Under the pieces are notes generated by a model. The model had not been told where the DNA came from and made no database searches. It saw nothing but the letters and a program-made list of their open reading frames with translations. A stretch of 62,041 bases of DNA, the filler included. It is 6 parts of 6 records of this genome, joined end to end, with 100 filler letters (N's around TTAATTAATTAA, not from the genome) between each part and the next. Parts side by side here need not be neighbours in the genome. Positions count along the whole stretch, not along the records: positions 6,867 to 15,448 come from DRR723986_2428; positions 15,549 to 22,170 come from DRR723986_2429; 4 more parts are not named here. One strand, given 5' to 3'. Below, one piece after another: positions 10,368 to 21,905 of this stretch. A program made the position numbers and the translations under genes. Each line of letters begins with the position of its first letter. Position 1 is the stretch's first letter.

Positions 10368-12527
10368 TTAGGCCAGCGCCTGTGCAAAAGCACCACGATA
10401 GAGGGCCGCCAGATCGGCCAGCGGTGCCTCGGCCTGGCCCAGGCGCACGCTATCGCCGGTAAAGCGGCCCACGCTGCGAATGGGCACGCCTGCGTTTGCG
10501 GCGGCCACCATCAGCGCCTCGGCCTTGTCAAAATTGCACGCCACCAGATAGCGCGCCTGATCTTCGCCAAAAAGCTGGCCCATTTCGCTGTCGTCCAAGA
10601 CAATGCCAACACCTGCGGCCTCGGCCATTTCAAAGGCGGCCATGGCCAAACCGCCATCGGCCAGATCGGTGCAGGCGGTGATCAGGGCGTGGTTGTCCAA
10701 GATGAACTGACCATTGCGTTTTTCGGCCGCAAGATCCACGGCGGGGGCATCGCCCTCTTCGCGGTTGAATACCTCGGCCAGCAGTGCCGATTGCCCCAGA
10801 TGCCCGGTGGTTTCGCCAATCAGCAGCGCCACATGGCCATCGCGGGCTGTGCCCAAAATGGCCTGGCCTGGCGTGTCGATCAGGCCCACGGCGCAAATGG
10901 TGGGGGTGGGCAGAATGGGCTGGCCATCGGTTTCGTTATAAAGCGAGACATTGCCGGAAACGATGGGCGTATCCAGCGCCTGGCATGCGGCGCCAATGCC
11001 CTGAATGGCACCCACAAACTGGCCCATGATTTCGGGCTTTTCGGGGTTGCCAAAATTCAGGTTGTCGGTTGTGGCCAAGGGCCGCGCGCCCACTGCCACC
11101 AGGTTGCGATAGGCCTCGGCCACGGCTTGTTTGCCGCCCTCAATGGGGTTGGCGCGCACATAGCGGGGCGTGACATCGGATGTAAAGGCCAGCGCCTTGT
11201 CGGTGCCATGCACGCGCACAATGCCCGCGCCCAGGCCTGGGGTGCGCAGGCTGTCGGCCATCACCATCGAGTCGTATTGTTCATAAACCCATTGCTTTGC
11301 GGCGTAGTTTGGCGTGGCCAGCAGCGCCTTTAGCCCATCGATCGGGTCAATGGCAGGCACGTCTTGCAGCGGTTCTGCGGCGGGGGTGGGCACCCAGGGG
11401 CGGTCATATTCGGGCGCTGATGAGGAGAGTTTTGACAAGGGCAGATCTGCCATCACCTGGTTTTTGTGCAAAATCAGAAAGCGGTCTTCGGGAATGGTTT
11501 CGCCCACGATGGCGAAATCCAGATCCCATTTTTCAAACACCGCGCGCGCCTGGGCCTCTTTTTCGGGGCGCAGCACCATCAGCATACGCTCTTGGCTTTC
11601 TGACAGCATCATCTCATAGGCCGTCATATTGGCCTCGCGCTGGGGCACATCATCAAGCTGCAGCTTGATGCCCAGGCCGCCCTTGTCGCCCATTTCCACG
11701 GCCGAACATGTCAGGCCGGCGGCACCCATATCCTGGATAGAGATCACCGCGCCGGTTTGCATCAGCTCGAGGCAGGCCTCCATCAGGCGCTTTTCGGTAA
11801 AGGGGTCGCCCACCTGCACGGTGGGGCGCTTTTCCTCGATGGTTTCGTCAAACTCGGCGCTGGCCATCGTGGCGCCGCCCACACCATCGCGCCCGGTTTT
11901 GGCGCCCAGATACACCACAGGCATGCCCACGCCAGAGGCGGCGGAATAAAAGATCTTGTCGGCATCGGCCAGGCCCGCGGCAAAGGCATTGACCAGGCAG
12001 TTGCCGTTATAGGCGGGGTGGAAACGCACTTCGCCGCCCACGGTGGGCACGCCAAAGCAGTTGCCATAGCCGCCGATACCCTCGACCACGCCATGCACCA
12101 GCTGGCGGGTTTTGGGGTGATCGACCTGCCCAAAAGACAGCGAATTCATCGCCGCAATCGGGCGCGCGCCCATGGTGAAAACATCGCGCAAAATGCCGCC
12201 CACGCCGGTGGCCGCACCTTGGTAGGGCTCGATATAGCTGGGGTGGTTATGGCTTTCCATTTTGAACACCACCGCCTGACCATCGCCAATATCGACAACG
12301 CCGGCGTTTTCACCGGGGCCACAAATAACCTGTGGGCCGCTGGTGGGCAGGGTGCGCAGCCATTTTTTCGAGGATTTGTAAGAACAATGTTCGTTCCACA
12401 TGGCCGAGAAAATGCCAAGCTCGGTGAAACTGGGCGCGCGACCGATGATTTCCAGAATGCGCTGGTATTCGTCGGGCTTTAAGCCATGGGCGGCAATCAG
12501 GTCGGGCGTGATGGCGGGTTCTTGCAT
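10368..12527 (-). CDS. purL: Phosphoribosylformylglycinamidine synthase subunit PurL
   Basis: [42 protein letters not shown] motifs; start MQEPAIT. Confidence 0.98.
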   Translation of the reverse strand: MQEPAITPDLIAAHGLKPDEYQRILEIIGRAPSFTELGIFSAMWNEHCSYKSSKKWLRTLPTSGPQVICGPGENAGVVDIGDGQAVVFKMESHNHPSYIEPYQGAATGVGGILRDVFTMGARPIAAMNSLSFGQVDHPKTRQLVHGVVEGIGGYGNCFGVPTVGGEVRFHPAYNGNCLVNAFAAGLADADKIFYSAASGVGMPVVYLGAKTGRDGVGGATMASAEFDETIEEKRPTVQVGDPFTEKRLMEACLELMQTGAVISIQDMGAAGLTCSAVEMGDKGGLGIKLQLDDVPQREANMTAYEMMLSESQERMLMVLRPEKEAQARAVFEKWDLDFAIVGETIPEDRFLILHKNQVMADLPLSKLSSSAPEYDRPWVPTPAAEPLQDVPAIDPIDGLKALLATPNYAAKQWVYEQYDSMVMADSLRTPGLGAGIVRVHGTDKALAFTSDVTPRYVRANPIEGGKQAVAEAYRNLVAVGARPLATTDNLNFGNPEKPEIMGQFVGAIQGIGAACQALDTPIVSGNVSLYNETDGQPILPTPTICAVGLIDTPGQAILGTARDGHVALLIGETTGHLGQSALLAEVFNREEGDAPAVDLAAEKRNGQFILDNHALITACTDLADGGLAMAAFEMAEAAGVGIVLDDSEMGQLFGEDQARYLVACNFDKAEALMVAAANAGVPIRSVGRFTGDSVRLGQAEAPLADLAALYRGAFAQALA

Positions 12528-12644
12528 GTGGTTCCCCATAGGCTGCGCGGTTGCGCGCGTCATAGCGGAAGGGCGCGGGTTGGGAAAGAGGCAAGACAAA
12601 AAAGACCGCGCCAGGAGCAGTGCAGGGTTGGCGGCGTCAAGGCC

Positions 12645-12730
12645 AAAAAAAAAGGCCGAGCGCTAAGCTCGGCCGAAGTCCAACAGGGAGGTATGAAGAT
12701 GATGAGAAACTAATCGTCATCACCGTCAGG
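12645..12730 (-). ncRNA. Putative ~85-nt sRNA, SorY/suhB(MmgR)-like
   Basis: Minus strand: 5' hairpin, single-stranded anti-SD ACCUCCCUGUUGGACUU, terminator GGCCGAGC-UUAGC-GCUCGGCC-U9; own promoter upstream; 5' end estimated. Confidence 0.75.
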
Positions 12731-12735
12731 TGCTC

Positions 12736-12763
12736 AATTAGGTATCTGTTCTTGTCCAATCAA
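12736..12763 (-). promoter_or_regulatory. Promoter of the sRNA (TTG-N18-CCTAATT, RpoH-like)
   Basis: TTG at 12763-12761, 18-nt spacer, CCTAATT at 12742-12736. Confidence 0.55.
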
Positions 12764-12771
12764 GGAAAAAT

Positions 12772-12811
12772 ATGCCGCAGGTGCAGCATGCCCGGTATGC
12801 GCAGAATGCAT
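12772..12811. promoter_or_regulatory. Two LysR-type T-N11-A boxes
   Basis: ATGC-N7-GCAT at 12797-12811 and ATGC-N7-GCAG at 12772-12786, directly upstream of the sRNA -35. Confidence 0.6.
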
Positions 12812-12826
12812 GGCTTGCTTAATTTG

Positions 12827-13741
12827 TTAGCTAACTGCCTGATCTTTCACCCGTTTGCGATAGGCAATAATCTCGTCTTGCACGAATTCCCGAAAGGCCG
12901 AAACACGTTTTGAGTGCCGCAATTCTTCTGGATAGGCCAAAAATACCGGAACATCGGTTGATTCGACCTCGGGCAACACCTCGACCAGATCGGGAAAATC
13001 CTGCGTCAGATAATCGGGCAGAACGCCAATGCCCAAATCATGCAGCACCGCCTGCAGCACGCCAAAGTAATTGTTCACCGTCAGGGTCGAGCGCGGCTGA
13101 TGCGCCATCAGGGTTTGCACCAGCTGTGCGCCCGCACCCACCTGCGCAGAGGCCGGGTTTTGGCAAATCAGGCGGTGGTGGCGCAGGTCATCGGGCACGG
13201 TGGGCATGCCGCTGCGTTCGATATAGGCCTGCGAGGCATAGAGGCGCATTTTTACCGCCATCAGGCGTTTGCGGATCAAATCCGCTTGGCTGGGTTCTTT
13301 CATGCGAATGGCCACATCTGCCTCGCGCATGGGCAAATCCAGCACCCGTTCTTCCAGCATCAGTTCGATTTTCAGATCTGGGTATTTCTCGTAAAGCGCG
13401 GGCAGGCGTGGGGCCAGCCACAAGCTGCCAAAGCCCGTGGTGGTGGTGACGCGCAATTCGCCAAATACCTCGTCTTCGCTGTCGCGGATACGCGCCGATG
13501 CCGCATCCAGCCGTTTGGCCATGGCCGATGTGGCATCAAACAGCAATTCGCCCTGTTCTGTTAAAATCAGGCCGCGGGCATGGCGGTGAAACAAGGTGGT
13601 GTTCAGGCTTTCTTCCAGCGCCCGCACCTGGCGGCTGACGGCAGATTGGCTAAGGTGCAGGGCATCGCCCGCATGGGTCAGGCTGCCCGCATCGGCAACA
13701 GCGTGAAAAATTCGCAGTTTATCCCAATCCATCGTCGCCAT
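12827..13741 (-). CDS. LysR-family regulator (LsrB/VtlR-like)
   Basis: MDWDKLRIFHAVA...SQSAVSRQ...LFHRHARGLILTEQGE. Confidence 0.93.
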   Translation of the reverse strand: MATMDWDKLRIFHAVADAGSLTHAGDALHLSQSAVSRQVRALEESLNTTLFHRHARGLILTEQGELLFDATSAMAKRLDAASARIRDSEDEVFGELRVTTTTGFGSLWLAPRLPALYEKYPDLKIELMLEERVLDLPMREADVAIRMKEPSQADLIRKRLMAVKMRLYASQAYIERSGMPTVPDDLRHHRLICQNPASAQVGAGAQLVQTLMAHQPRSTLTVNNYFGVLQAVLHDLGIGVLPDYLTQDFPDLVEVLPEVESTDVPVFLAYPEELRHSKRVSAFREFVQDEIIAYRKRVKDQAVS

Positions 13742-14004
13742 ATTCCTTGTTCGCATCAACACTATAGGGAAAAAATAAAATAATTACATCTCGTTCCGCT
13801 ATGACGTAACGGCCACCATAGCCTGTTGATGATAAAGGACAGATTTTTTTGCCCTCAAGGGCCGGGGCGCGGTATTTTTAGGCGCGTAGCGATTTTCTGG
13901 CGGTAAATTGCGGGCCGTTCGTGTCATAGAAGTGTCGCAAAATCGTTGCACACTCTGCCCCCGATAGTGGCGCATTTCCCCGCGCCGGTTTTGGAATGTG
14001 CCCC

Positions 14005-14883
14005 ATGCGTCTGCCCCCGAAAATTGCCCGCGATATCAGCTATGCCCATTCTGCCAGCTCGAAAGGTGGGCGCGCCCTGATACGGGTGTTGGAAAATGTG
14101 ACAGGCCGCTACAGCCTGATCCGCCGCGCGCGGGGCTACGAGCAAGACGTGGCGCAGGGGCGCGATTTCTGGCAGGTGATGGTGGAACGCTATGGCCTGA
14201 CGCTGGATGTGATGGGCGGCAGCCTGTCGCATATTCCCGCCAACGGCCCCTTGATCCTGATTGCAAACCATCCCTATGGCATTTTGGACGGGCTGATGAT
14301 GGGCCATATCTTGGCCACTGTGCGCGGCGATTTTCGCATCATGGCGCATCATGTTTTTCGCAAGGCCGAAGACATCAACAGGGTGATTTTGCCAATATCG
14401 TTTGATGCCACCAAAGAGGCGGTGCAGCTAAATCTGGACACCCGCAAAGAGGCGCTGCGCTATCTGGGGGCAGGGGGGGCGATTGGCATTTTCCCCGGTG
14501 GCACCGTATCAACCGCCGCGCGCCCCTTTGCCCAGCCGATGGATCCGGGCTGGCGCGCCTTTACCGCGCGGATGGTGGCAAAATCGCGCGCCACTGTGGT
14601 GCCGGTTTATTTCGACGGCCATACCAGCCGCTTGTTCCAATTGGCCAGCCACCTGCACACCACATTGCGCATGGGGCTGCTGATCAAAGAGTTTCGCGCC
14701 CGCGTCGATACACCCGTTCGGGTGGTCATTGGCAAACCCATTGCGCAGGCGGAAATTGACGCGCGCGCGCAGGATTCAAAAGCGATGATGGATTTTCTGC
14801 GCAAAGCCACTTATGTGTTATCGCCAAAGCCGATAGATGCACAAAGCTACGGTTTCGAATTCGAGGAAAAATACCGCGCCTAA
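14005..14883 (+). CDS. Lysophospholipid acyltransferase family protein
   Basis: ANHPYGILDG (HxxxxD) and IFPGG motifs; start could be 13996. Confidence 0.88.
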   Translation: MRLPPKIARDISYAHSASSKGGRALIRVLENVTGRYSLIRRARGYEQDVAQGRDFWQVMVERYGLTLDVMGGSLSHIPANGPLILIANHPYGILDGLMMGHILATVRGDFRIMAHHVFRKAEDINRVILPISFDATKEAVQLNLDTRKEALRYLGAGGAIGIFPGGTVSTAARPFAQPMDPGWRAFTARMVAKSRATVVPVYFDGHTSRLFQLASHLHTTLRMGLLIKEFRARVDTPVRVVIGKPIAQAEIDARAQDSKAMMDFLRKATYVLSPKPIDAQSYGFEFEEKYRA

Positions 14884-14904
14884 GCGGATGATTTGGCGGA
14901 AATT

Positions 14905-15448
14905 ATGGCTGTTGGCATTTTCGACTCGGGCCTGGGGGGCCTGACGGTGCTAGAGGCAGCGCGCAAGCGTTTGCCAGATGTGCCCTTTGTTTACTTTGGC
15001 GATAACCTGCACGCCCCCTATGGGGTGCGCGACAGCGACGATATCTATGGCCTGACCTGCGCCGCTGTCAGCCGTATGTGGGACGAGGGCTGCGATCTGG
15101 TGATCTTGGCCTGCAATACCGCCAGCGCGGCGGCGTTGCGCCGGATGCAAGAAAGCTGGGTGCCGCGCGACAAACGCGTGCTGGGGGTGTTTGTGCCGCT
15201 GATCGAGGCGCTGACAGAACGGCAATGGGGCGATAACAGCCCGCCCCGCGAAGTGGCGGTGAAAAACGTGGCGCTCTTTGCCACGCCCGCCACCGTGGCC
15301 AGCCGCGCCTTTCAGCGCGAATTGGCGTTTCGCGCCATTGGCGTGGATGTCGAGGCGCAGGCCTGCGGGGGGGTCGTGGATGCCATCGAAGAGGGCGATT
15401 TGATCTTGGCCGAAGCTTTGGTGCGCAGCCATGTTGATGCGCTCAAAC
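14905..15448 (+). CDS. murI: Glutamate racemase (3' end cut by contig end)
   Basis: [19 protein letters not shown] motifs. Confidence 0.95.
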
Positions 15449-15548
15449 NNNNNNNNNNNNNNNNNNNNNNNNNNNNNNNNNNNNNNNNNNNNTTAATTAA
15501 TTAANNNNNNNNNNNNNNNNNNNNNNNNNNNNNNNNNNNNNNNNNNNN
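15449..15548. other. Artificial contig spacer
   Basis: N44-TTAATTAATTAA-N44. Confidence 0.99.
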
Positions 15549-15690
15549 GATGCCATGGTCGAGCCATGGCATGACGAAAAGAAAACCACCGCGAAAATTC
15601 AGGTCACGCCTCGGGATCTCTTGGCTTTTGCATTTTCCGGGTTTTGCCTATAGAGCTTCCTGCGAACCATTCTCAAAGAAATGACAGGCC

Positions 15691-17379
15691 TTGCTGCGCA
15701 CGCCCACCCTCACTTTTGCTGACCGTTTCTGGCAAATTGCATCGCTGGCGATTGCCACGCTGGTGCTGTTGCCATTGGCGGCGATCGTGTGGATCGCGCT
15801 GACGCCGACGGGCGAAGTCTGGGGCCATCTTCTGACAACGGTTCTGCCCGGCTCCCTGCAGACGACGGTTTTGCTGATGCTCGGGGTCGGCCTGACCACA
15901 GGCATCACCGGCGTTGCCACGGCCTGGCTCGTGACGATGTGCAATTTCCCGGGAAGAAAGGTCCTCGACTGGGCTCTTCTGGTGCCCCTTGCGGTGCCAA
16001 CCTATATCGTGGCCTTCGCCTATGTCGAAGTGCTCGATTATACCGGGCCGGTCCAGAGCCTGATCCGCACGCTTTTCGGTTTCAAGACGTCCAGAGACTA
16101 CTGGTTTCCCGAAATTCGCTCACTGGGCGGCGCCATTTTCGTCATGGGGGCGGTGCTTTACCCTTATGTCTATCTGACGACCCGGGCGAGCTTTCTGATC
16201 CAGTCCGCCTCGACGCTGGATGTCTCGCGTACCCTTGGCGCTTCGCCTTACGGGCTGTTCTTTCGTGTCGCCCTGCCATTGGCACGTCCCGCCATCGTCA
16301 TCGGCATTTCGCTTGCCTTGATGGAGTGCCTCAACGATATCGGCGCGGTGACATTCTTCGGCGTGAAGACCCTGACCTTTTCCGTCTATGACACCTGGCT
16401 GCACCGTTCCAGCCTCGGTGGCGCAGCCCAGCTCGCGCTGGCCATGCTGGTGATGGTGTTCCTGCTATTGTGGCTGGAACGGTTCGGGCGGCGCAAACAG
16501 CGCTTCGACAGCGGCGGTGGCTCCAAGCACCGGCCACCGACACGCTTCGAACTTGGACGCTGGCAGGCTGCGCTTGCGTTGCTGTTATGCCTGGCGCCGG
16601 TCTTTGTCGGCTTTGTGGTTCCCGGGCTGCTGCTTGCAGACCTGGCCAGCCGGCGCCTGGAAGGTTTTTGGGACAGCGGATTTCTGGATGCTGTCTGGAA
16701 CAGCCTCAGCCTCGCTGCCATTGCAGCGCTGATCACCGTGCTCATTTCCGTTGCCCTGGCCTATGCCCTGCGTCTCAACCCCAGGGGCCCATTGAAGTTT
16801 GCCGTCCGGCTTGCCTCGATCGGTTACGCCATTCCGGGCACGGTTCTCGCCATCGGCATTCTGGTGCCGTTGGCCGGCTTCGACAATTTCCTGGATGCCC
16901 GCATGGAAGCCTGGTTCGGTATCAATACCGGCCTGCTACTGCTGGGGAGCGGCACCGGCCTGGTGTTTGCCTATGTGGTTCGCTTCCTTGCAGTTTCCTA
17001 CGGCCAGGTTGAAGGTGGCTTCGGCAGGATCACACCTCATCTCGACATGGCGGCGCGCACGCTTGGCCGCAACAGCGGTCAGACCCTGACGCAGATCCAC
17101 CTGCCGATCCTGAAGCCGGTGCTGTTGTCCGCAGCCCTGCTCAGCTTCGTCGATTGCATGAAAGAGCTGCCCGCAACGGTTCTCCTGCGTCCGTTCAATT
17201 TCGAAACCCTGGCAACGACCGTGTTCGAGGCCGCCTCGCGCGAAGCCTTTGGCGAAGCGGCCCTGCCCTCGCTTGCCATCGTTCTGGTCGGTCTCATCCC
17301 GGTCATCTATCTCGCCCGTTCCAGCGCCTCGTCCTTCCGCACGCAAACGTCCAAGCGGCAACTGGAGCCGGTCGTCTGA
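15691..17379 (+). CDS. Iron(III) ABC transporter permease (FbpB/FutB type)
   Basis: Two permease repeats, VLYPYVYL, LPLARPAI, MKELPAT, LRPFNFETLA; TTG start uncertain. Confidence 0.9.
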   Translation: MLRTPTLTFADRFWQIASLAIATLVLLPLAAIVWIALTPTGEVWGHLLTTVLPGSLQTTVLLMLGVGLTTGITGVATAWLVTMCNFPGRKVLDWALLVPLAVPTYIVAFAYVEVLDYTGPVQSLIRTLFGFKTSRDYWFPEIRSLGGAIFVMGAVLYPYVYLTTRASFLIQSASTLDVSRTLGASPYGLFFRVALPLARPAIVIGISLALMECLNDIGAVTFFGVKTLTFSVYDTWLHRSSLGGAAQLALAMLVMVFLLLWLERFGRRKQRFDSGGGSKHRPPTRFELGRWQAALALLLCLAPVFVGFVVPGLLLADLASRRLEGFWDSGFLDAVWNSLSLAAIAALITVLISVALAYALRLNPRGPLKFAVRLASIGYAIPGTVLAIGILVPLAGFDNFLDARMEAWFGINTGLLLLGSGTGLVFAYVVRFLAVSYGQVEGGFGRITPHLDMAARTLGRNSGQTLTQIHLPILKPVLLSAALLSFVDCMKELPATVLLRPFNFETLATTVFEAASREAFGEAALPSLAIVLVGLIPVIYLARSSASSFRTQTSKRQLEPVV

Positions 17380-17495
17380 ACCAGGGCAGCCATGCCACCT
17401 CGCCCCCGCTTCACGCCCACCTCGTGCCTTGACAGCCTCCGGGCGAACCGCGTCAATGGCGGCATAGTTCAGACAATTGCCGGGACAGTTTCACG

Positions 17496-19322
17496 ATGGA
17501 AAAGAAACACCAGATAAACCTTTGGTACGCCTTCATTGCCATGATGCTGGTGCTGATGTTCCAAAGCTGGTGGACCACCTACAAGACCGTCGAGCAAATC
17601 CCCTACAGCCAGTTCGAGCAGTACCTCAAGGATGGAAAGATCGAGGAGATCGCCGTCAAGGAGAACTTCATCGAAGGCAAGTTCAAGGCGGAACTGAAGG
17701 ACGGCAAGCAGTATTTCGTCACTACGCGCGTCGAGGTTCCGCTCGCCGACGAACTCAGCAAGTACGACGTCAAATACACCGGCGTCGTCCAGAACACCTT
17801 CATTCGCGACATCCTCTCCTGGGTGCTGCCGGTCCTGCTGCTGTTCGGCCTCTGGATGTTCTTCATCCGCCGGTTTGCCGAAAAACAGGGTCTTGGCGGC
17901 ATGATGACCGTCGGCAAGTCAAAGGCGAAGGTGTTTGTCGAAAAGGACGTGAAAGTCACTTTTCAGAATGTCGCCGGAGTGGATGAAGCCAAGCGGGAAC
18001 TGAAGGAGATTGTCGATTTTCTGAAGGAACCAGCTTCCTATGGCCGTCTGGGGGCACATGTGCCCAAGGGCATCCTGCTGGTTGGCCCTCCGGGCACAGG
18101 CAAGACGCTTCTGGCGCGCGCCGTTGCCGGTGAAGCCGGTGTGCCGTTCTTCTCGATCTCCGGCTCCGAATTCGTGGAAATGTTCGTCGGCGTCGGCGCC
18201 GCACGAGTTCGCGACCTCTTCGAGCAGGCCCGAAAGGCCGCCCCTGCCATCATCTTCATCGACGAGCTGGACGCACTTGGCCGGGCACGTGCCTCAGGCC
18301 CGATGGGCACCAATGACGAGAAGGAACAGACGCTCAATCAGCTTTTGACCGAGCTCGACGGGTTTGATCCGTCCAGCGGCATCATCCTGCTGGCAGCGAC
18401 GAACCGGCCGGAGATCCTCGATCCAGCCCTCCTGCGCGCCGGGCGCTTCGACCGGCAGGTTCTGGTCGACCGGCCGGACAAGATCGGCCGGCGCGCGATC
18501 CTCGATGTCCATGTAAAAAAGATCAAGCTGGCCGCAGATATCGACCTCGATCAGGTGGCCCAGCTGACAGCGGGGTTTTCCGGCGCCGACCTTGCGACGC
18601 TGGTCAACGAGGCCGCCCTTTTGGCAACACGTCGGCAGGCGGATGCCGTTACCCTGCTGGACTTCAACGAGGCAGTGGAGAGGGTGATTGCGGGACTGGA
18701 AAAGCGCAGCCGGATCCTGTCGGACAAGGAACGAAAAACCGTCGCTTTCCACGAAATGGGCCATGCCCTGGTTGCCGCCAACCTGGAAGGCTGTGATCCG
18801 GTGCACAAGATCTCGATCATCCCGCGCGGCATCGGCGCGCTCGGCTACACGATGCAGCGGCCAACCGAGGATCGTTTCCTGTTGTCCTCTCTCGACCTGG
18901 AAAACCGCATGGCTGTCCTGATGGGCGGCCGGGCGGCTGAGGAGATTGTCTTCAACGAGATCTCTACCGGCGCTTCCGACGACCTGCAGAAAGTGACCGA
19001 AGTCGCCCGCGACATGGTCATGCGATACGGCATGGATCCTGACCTTGGCAATCGCGCCTATGCCACCCAGCGCCAGAACTTTCTCGGCCAGCCTGCCGGA
19101 GACGTTGCCGAGGTTTCCGAACAGACCCAGCGGGAGATCGACCTTGCCATCAAGCAAAGGGTGGAAGCTGCCTTCCAGCGCGCCAAGGCGCTCCTGAACA
19201 GCCATCGCGGCGAACTGGAAGAAGGGGCTTCATTGCTGCTTGCAAAGGAAACACTGACCGATCAGGACTTCCCCGCAATCCGCCCCCTTGCCGAACGCCG
19301 GAAGACCGAGGCGGCGGAGTAA
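17496..19322 (+). CDS. ftsH: ATP-dependent zinc metalloprotease FtsH (paralogue type)
   Basis: Two TM helices, Walker [35 protein letters not shown] zinc motif. Confidence 0.95.
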   Translation: MEKKHQINLWYAFIAMMLVLMFQSWWTTYKTVEQIPYSQFEQYLKDGKIEEIAVKENFIEGKFKAELKDGKQYFVTTRVEVPLADELSKYDVKYTGVVQNTFIRDILSWVLPVLLLFGLWMFFIRRFAEKQGLGGMMTVGKSKAKVFVEKDVKVTFQNVAGVDEAKRELKEIVDFLKEPASYGRLGAHVPKGILLVGPPGTGKTLLARAVAGEAGVPFFSISGSEFVEMFVGVGAARVRDLFEQARKAAPAIIFIDELDALGRARASGPMGTNDEKEQTLNQLLTELDGFDPSSGIILLAATNRPEILDPALLRAGRFDRQVLVDRPDKIGRRAILDVHVKKIKLAADIDLDQVAQLTAGFSGADLATLVNEAALLATRRQADAVTLLDFNEAVERVIAGLEKRSRILSDKERKTVAFHEMGHALVAANLEGCDPVHKISIIPRGIGALGYTMQRPTEDRFLLSSLDLENRMAVLMGGRAAEEIVFNEISTGASDDLQKVTEVARDMVMRYGMDPDLGNRAYATQRQNFLGQPAGDVAEVSEQTQREIDLAIKQRVEAAFQRAKALLNSHRGELEEGASLLLAKETLTDQDFPAIRPLAERRKTEAAE

Positions 19323-19350
19323 GGCCGGTTCGTTTCAATATCGAATTGCC

Positions 19351-21552
19351 TCACGCGGCGAACGTGCTGCCATCTTTCGGCTGTGCTCCGGCGGCCAGGC
19401 GCGGATGGTTGCCATCCATCAGAAATGCCTTCGACCAGGCTTCGAAATGTTCTGCCGGCATCGGCCGCGCGAACAGGAAACCTTGCGCAGTCGTGCAGCC
19501 GTTCTCAGCCAGGAAAACGTGTTGTTCTTCCGTTTCGACGCCTTCGGCGACAACCTCGTAACTGAGGCTTTTCGCCATTGCCAGAATGGTTTGAACGATC
19601 GAGCGGCTGTGATGGTCATCGGCAAGACCACTGATGAAACTTCGGTCGATCTTGAAGGTGTTGAACGGAAGACGCTGAAGATGCGCCAGACTTGAATAGC
19701 CAGTGCCGAAATCGTCTATCGCAAAGGTAATGCCAGCTTCCAGAAGCGGCTTTGCCGCCTCCGAGATTCGCTCCGGATCCCCCATGGCAACGGTCTCCGT
19801 CACCTCGAGCTGCAACAGCTCGGCCGGAAAGCCCGTGATCTCCAGAATATCGAGGACGCGGGCAGTGAAGCCCGGCTTTTCAAGTTGGCGAATGGAAACA
19901 TTCACGGCCAGCGGCAGACGTTGACCATGATCGAGCCAGACCCGACCCTGGCGGCAGGCCAGTTCCAGCACCCTGTCACCCAGGCGCGTGATCAGATCGC
20001 TTTCTTCGGCAACATCGATGAAACATCCCGGTGCCAACAGGCCACGTTCGGGATGGTCCCACCTGGCCAGCACTTCAGCACCAACCACCCTCAACGTGGC
20101 GCAATCGATCTTGGGCTGAAAGGCGATGGTGATCTCGTCCGCCAGAAGGGCCCGTTTCAGTTCCGCTTCCAGACGGATGCGTTCGTGAGAGCGGGAATCG
20201 CGTTCGATCTCGTTGAAGAAGCATGCACGGTTGCCGCCGGTTCGCTTGGCCGCATACATGGCAATGTCCGCGTTCTTCAGGATAGCGGTGTAGTCCTCGC
20301 CGTCATCCGGATAGGTCGAGACGCCGATACTGGCCCCAACGGCCATTGTCAGACCGTTGATTTCCAGCGGTTGCTCGACGCATTGCACCAGTTGATCCGC
20401 GAGTGTGTAGACGTTGGACATGGGCTTTTCAGCAGGCAGGACGATGGCAAACTCATCGCCGCCAAGCCTGGCGACAAGTGGTGAAAAAGCCGTCTTGCCT
20501 GCCGCAACCTTGTCCGAGGAGTTCAGCAAGCGCTGCAGCCGCGCCGCCACTTCCTTCAACAGTGCGTCGCCATGATCGTGTCCGTAGCTGTCATTCACCC
20601 GCTTGAAGCGATCAAGGTCAATAAACAGAACGGCCATCCTGACCGGCGTACCGTCCGCAAGCTGCATGTTTGAATTGAAATGCTGACGGAAGCTCTCCCG
20701 GTTCGGCAGCCGCGTGACCGGGTCCACATAGGCAAGCTCGTGAATGCGGGCCATGTTGTTCCGAATGGTTCCGACCATGTCTCGATAGGCGCGGGCGAGA
20801 ACACCGATCTCATCGGTTCGTTCGACTGGGAAAGGCGCGTCGAAATTGCCGGCACTGACCGTGTGGGCGGTCTGGGTCAGCGCCTTGATCGGCCGGACGA
20901 AATTTTCCGCAAAATGAAACGTCACCGGAATACAGAATATCAGGAGCACCAGGGTAATGACGATGTTCCGTCCCCAGATGGCGAACAGCATGCCGTTGGC
21001 CTGAAGACGTTTGACCGACACCAGCGCAACCCCGAGAACCGGGCTGTCTGCCGTCTCGCGCACCGGCAAGGCTATTTCGATCCTGTCTCCGGTCTGGCGG
21101 ATCTGATCGAGCCCGGTTTGCAGCGACAGCGTGATCAGCGGATGCTGGTCCATTTCGTCGAAGTAGCTCGTGTCCGGATCGCTGTCGATAGTGACCGCAC
21201 GCGCAGGATCGTGAACCTGCGCCAGTTCGACCACGCCGCTGCCGGCAATGCTTTCCAGTTCCTGTTCAAGGATCAGATAGTGGTGGTTGGTCAGATGCGG
21301 TACGGCCAGTCGGCTGACGGTCGCCCCAATGGCACGCGCGTCCGAGACCACCCTTTGCTCCTCGTCCCGCAGGTCCAGGTAGCTCGCCACCATGATCATC
21401 ACGACCGAGAGCGCCAGAAACAGGCCGGCCACCAGCAAGACAAAGCGGGTGCGCAGGCTGGGCAGCCAGGTCGACAGGACTTTTATCAGCTTTGAGACAG
21501 TCCCATGCGTTCCAGGCACGCCAAACACCCCTTGCGAATACCTGAACACCAT
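19351..21552 (-). CDS. Membrane HAMP-GGDEF-EAL c-di-GMP enzyme
   Basis: Two TM helices, HAMP (DEIGVL), intact GGDEF, EVL and DDFGTGYSS; start uncertain. Confidence 0.92.
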   Translation of the reverse strand: MVFRYSQGVFGVPGTHGTVSKLIKVLSTWLPSLRTRFVLLVAGLFLALSVVMIMVASYLDLRDEEQRVVSDARAIGATVSRLAVPHLTNHHYLILEQELESIAGSGVVELAQVHDPARAVTIDSDPDTSYFDEMDQHPLITLSLQTGLDQIRQTGDRIEIALPVRETADSPVLGVALVSVKRLQANGMLFAIWGRNIVITLVLLIFCIPVTFHFAENFVRPIKALTQTAHTVSAGNFDAPFPVERTDEIGVLARAYRDMVGTIRNNMARIHELAYVDPVTRLPNRESFRQHFNSNMQLADGTPVRMAVLFIDLDRFKRVNDSYGHDHGDALLKEVAARLQRLLNSSDKVAAGKTAFSPLVARLGGDEFAIVLPAEKPMSNVYTLADQLVQCVEQPLEINGLTMAVGASIGVSTYPDDGEDYTAILKNADIAMYAAKRTGGNRACFFNEIERDSRSHERIRLEAELKRALLADEITIAFQPKIDCATLRVVGAEVLARWDHPERGLLAPGCFIDVAEESDLITRLGDRVLELACRQGRVWLDHGQRLPLAVNVSIRQLEKPGFTARVLDILEITGFPAELLQLEVTETVAMGDPERISEAAKPLLEAGITFAIDDFGTGYSSLAHLQRLPFNTFKIDRSFISGLADDHHSRSIVQTILAMAKSLSYEVVAEGVETEEQHVFLAENGCTTAQGFLFARPMPAEHFEAWSKAFLMDGNHPRLAAGAQPKDGSTFAA

Positions 21553-21840
21553 ACAGAACAAGTCTTGAAGGTGGATTGAAGAAGGTAAATGCCGACGACC
21601 AGATCGCGTAAACACTGATCTGTTCTTTAGCCGGAAAATCGACTTTCCCGGCTTTTAAAGGATAACGGGTTATCTATGCTTGATTTATGCGGGTTATTCG
21701 CAATTCGATCTATTAACGAATTTGGAATTTTCCTCGGCAATTCTACGAATTGGTTCCAATTCGGGACAAATTGCGCCTGCGACACGTTCAAACAGTCTGT
21801 TTTTATTGAAAAAATCGACGAGCTGGGTGAAGCGGCCATG

Positions 21841-21872
21841 AAAAAAGGTGCCTGCGAGACCGCAGACACCTT
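21841..21872 (-). terminator. Intrinsic terminator after CoA-transferase gene
   Basis: AAGGTG(C)CTGCG-AGAC-CGCAG(A)CACCTT stem with U tract on the minus strand. Confidence 0.75.
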
Positions 21873-21905
21873 GATTTAAAACGACGCCGAAGCGCGCATC
21901 CTGCC

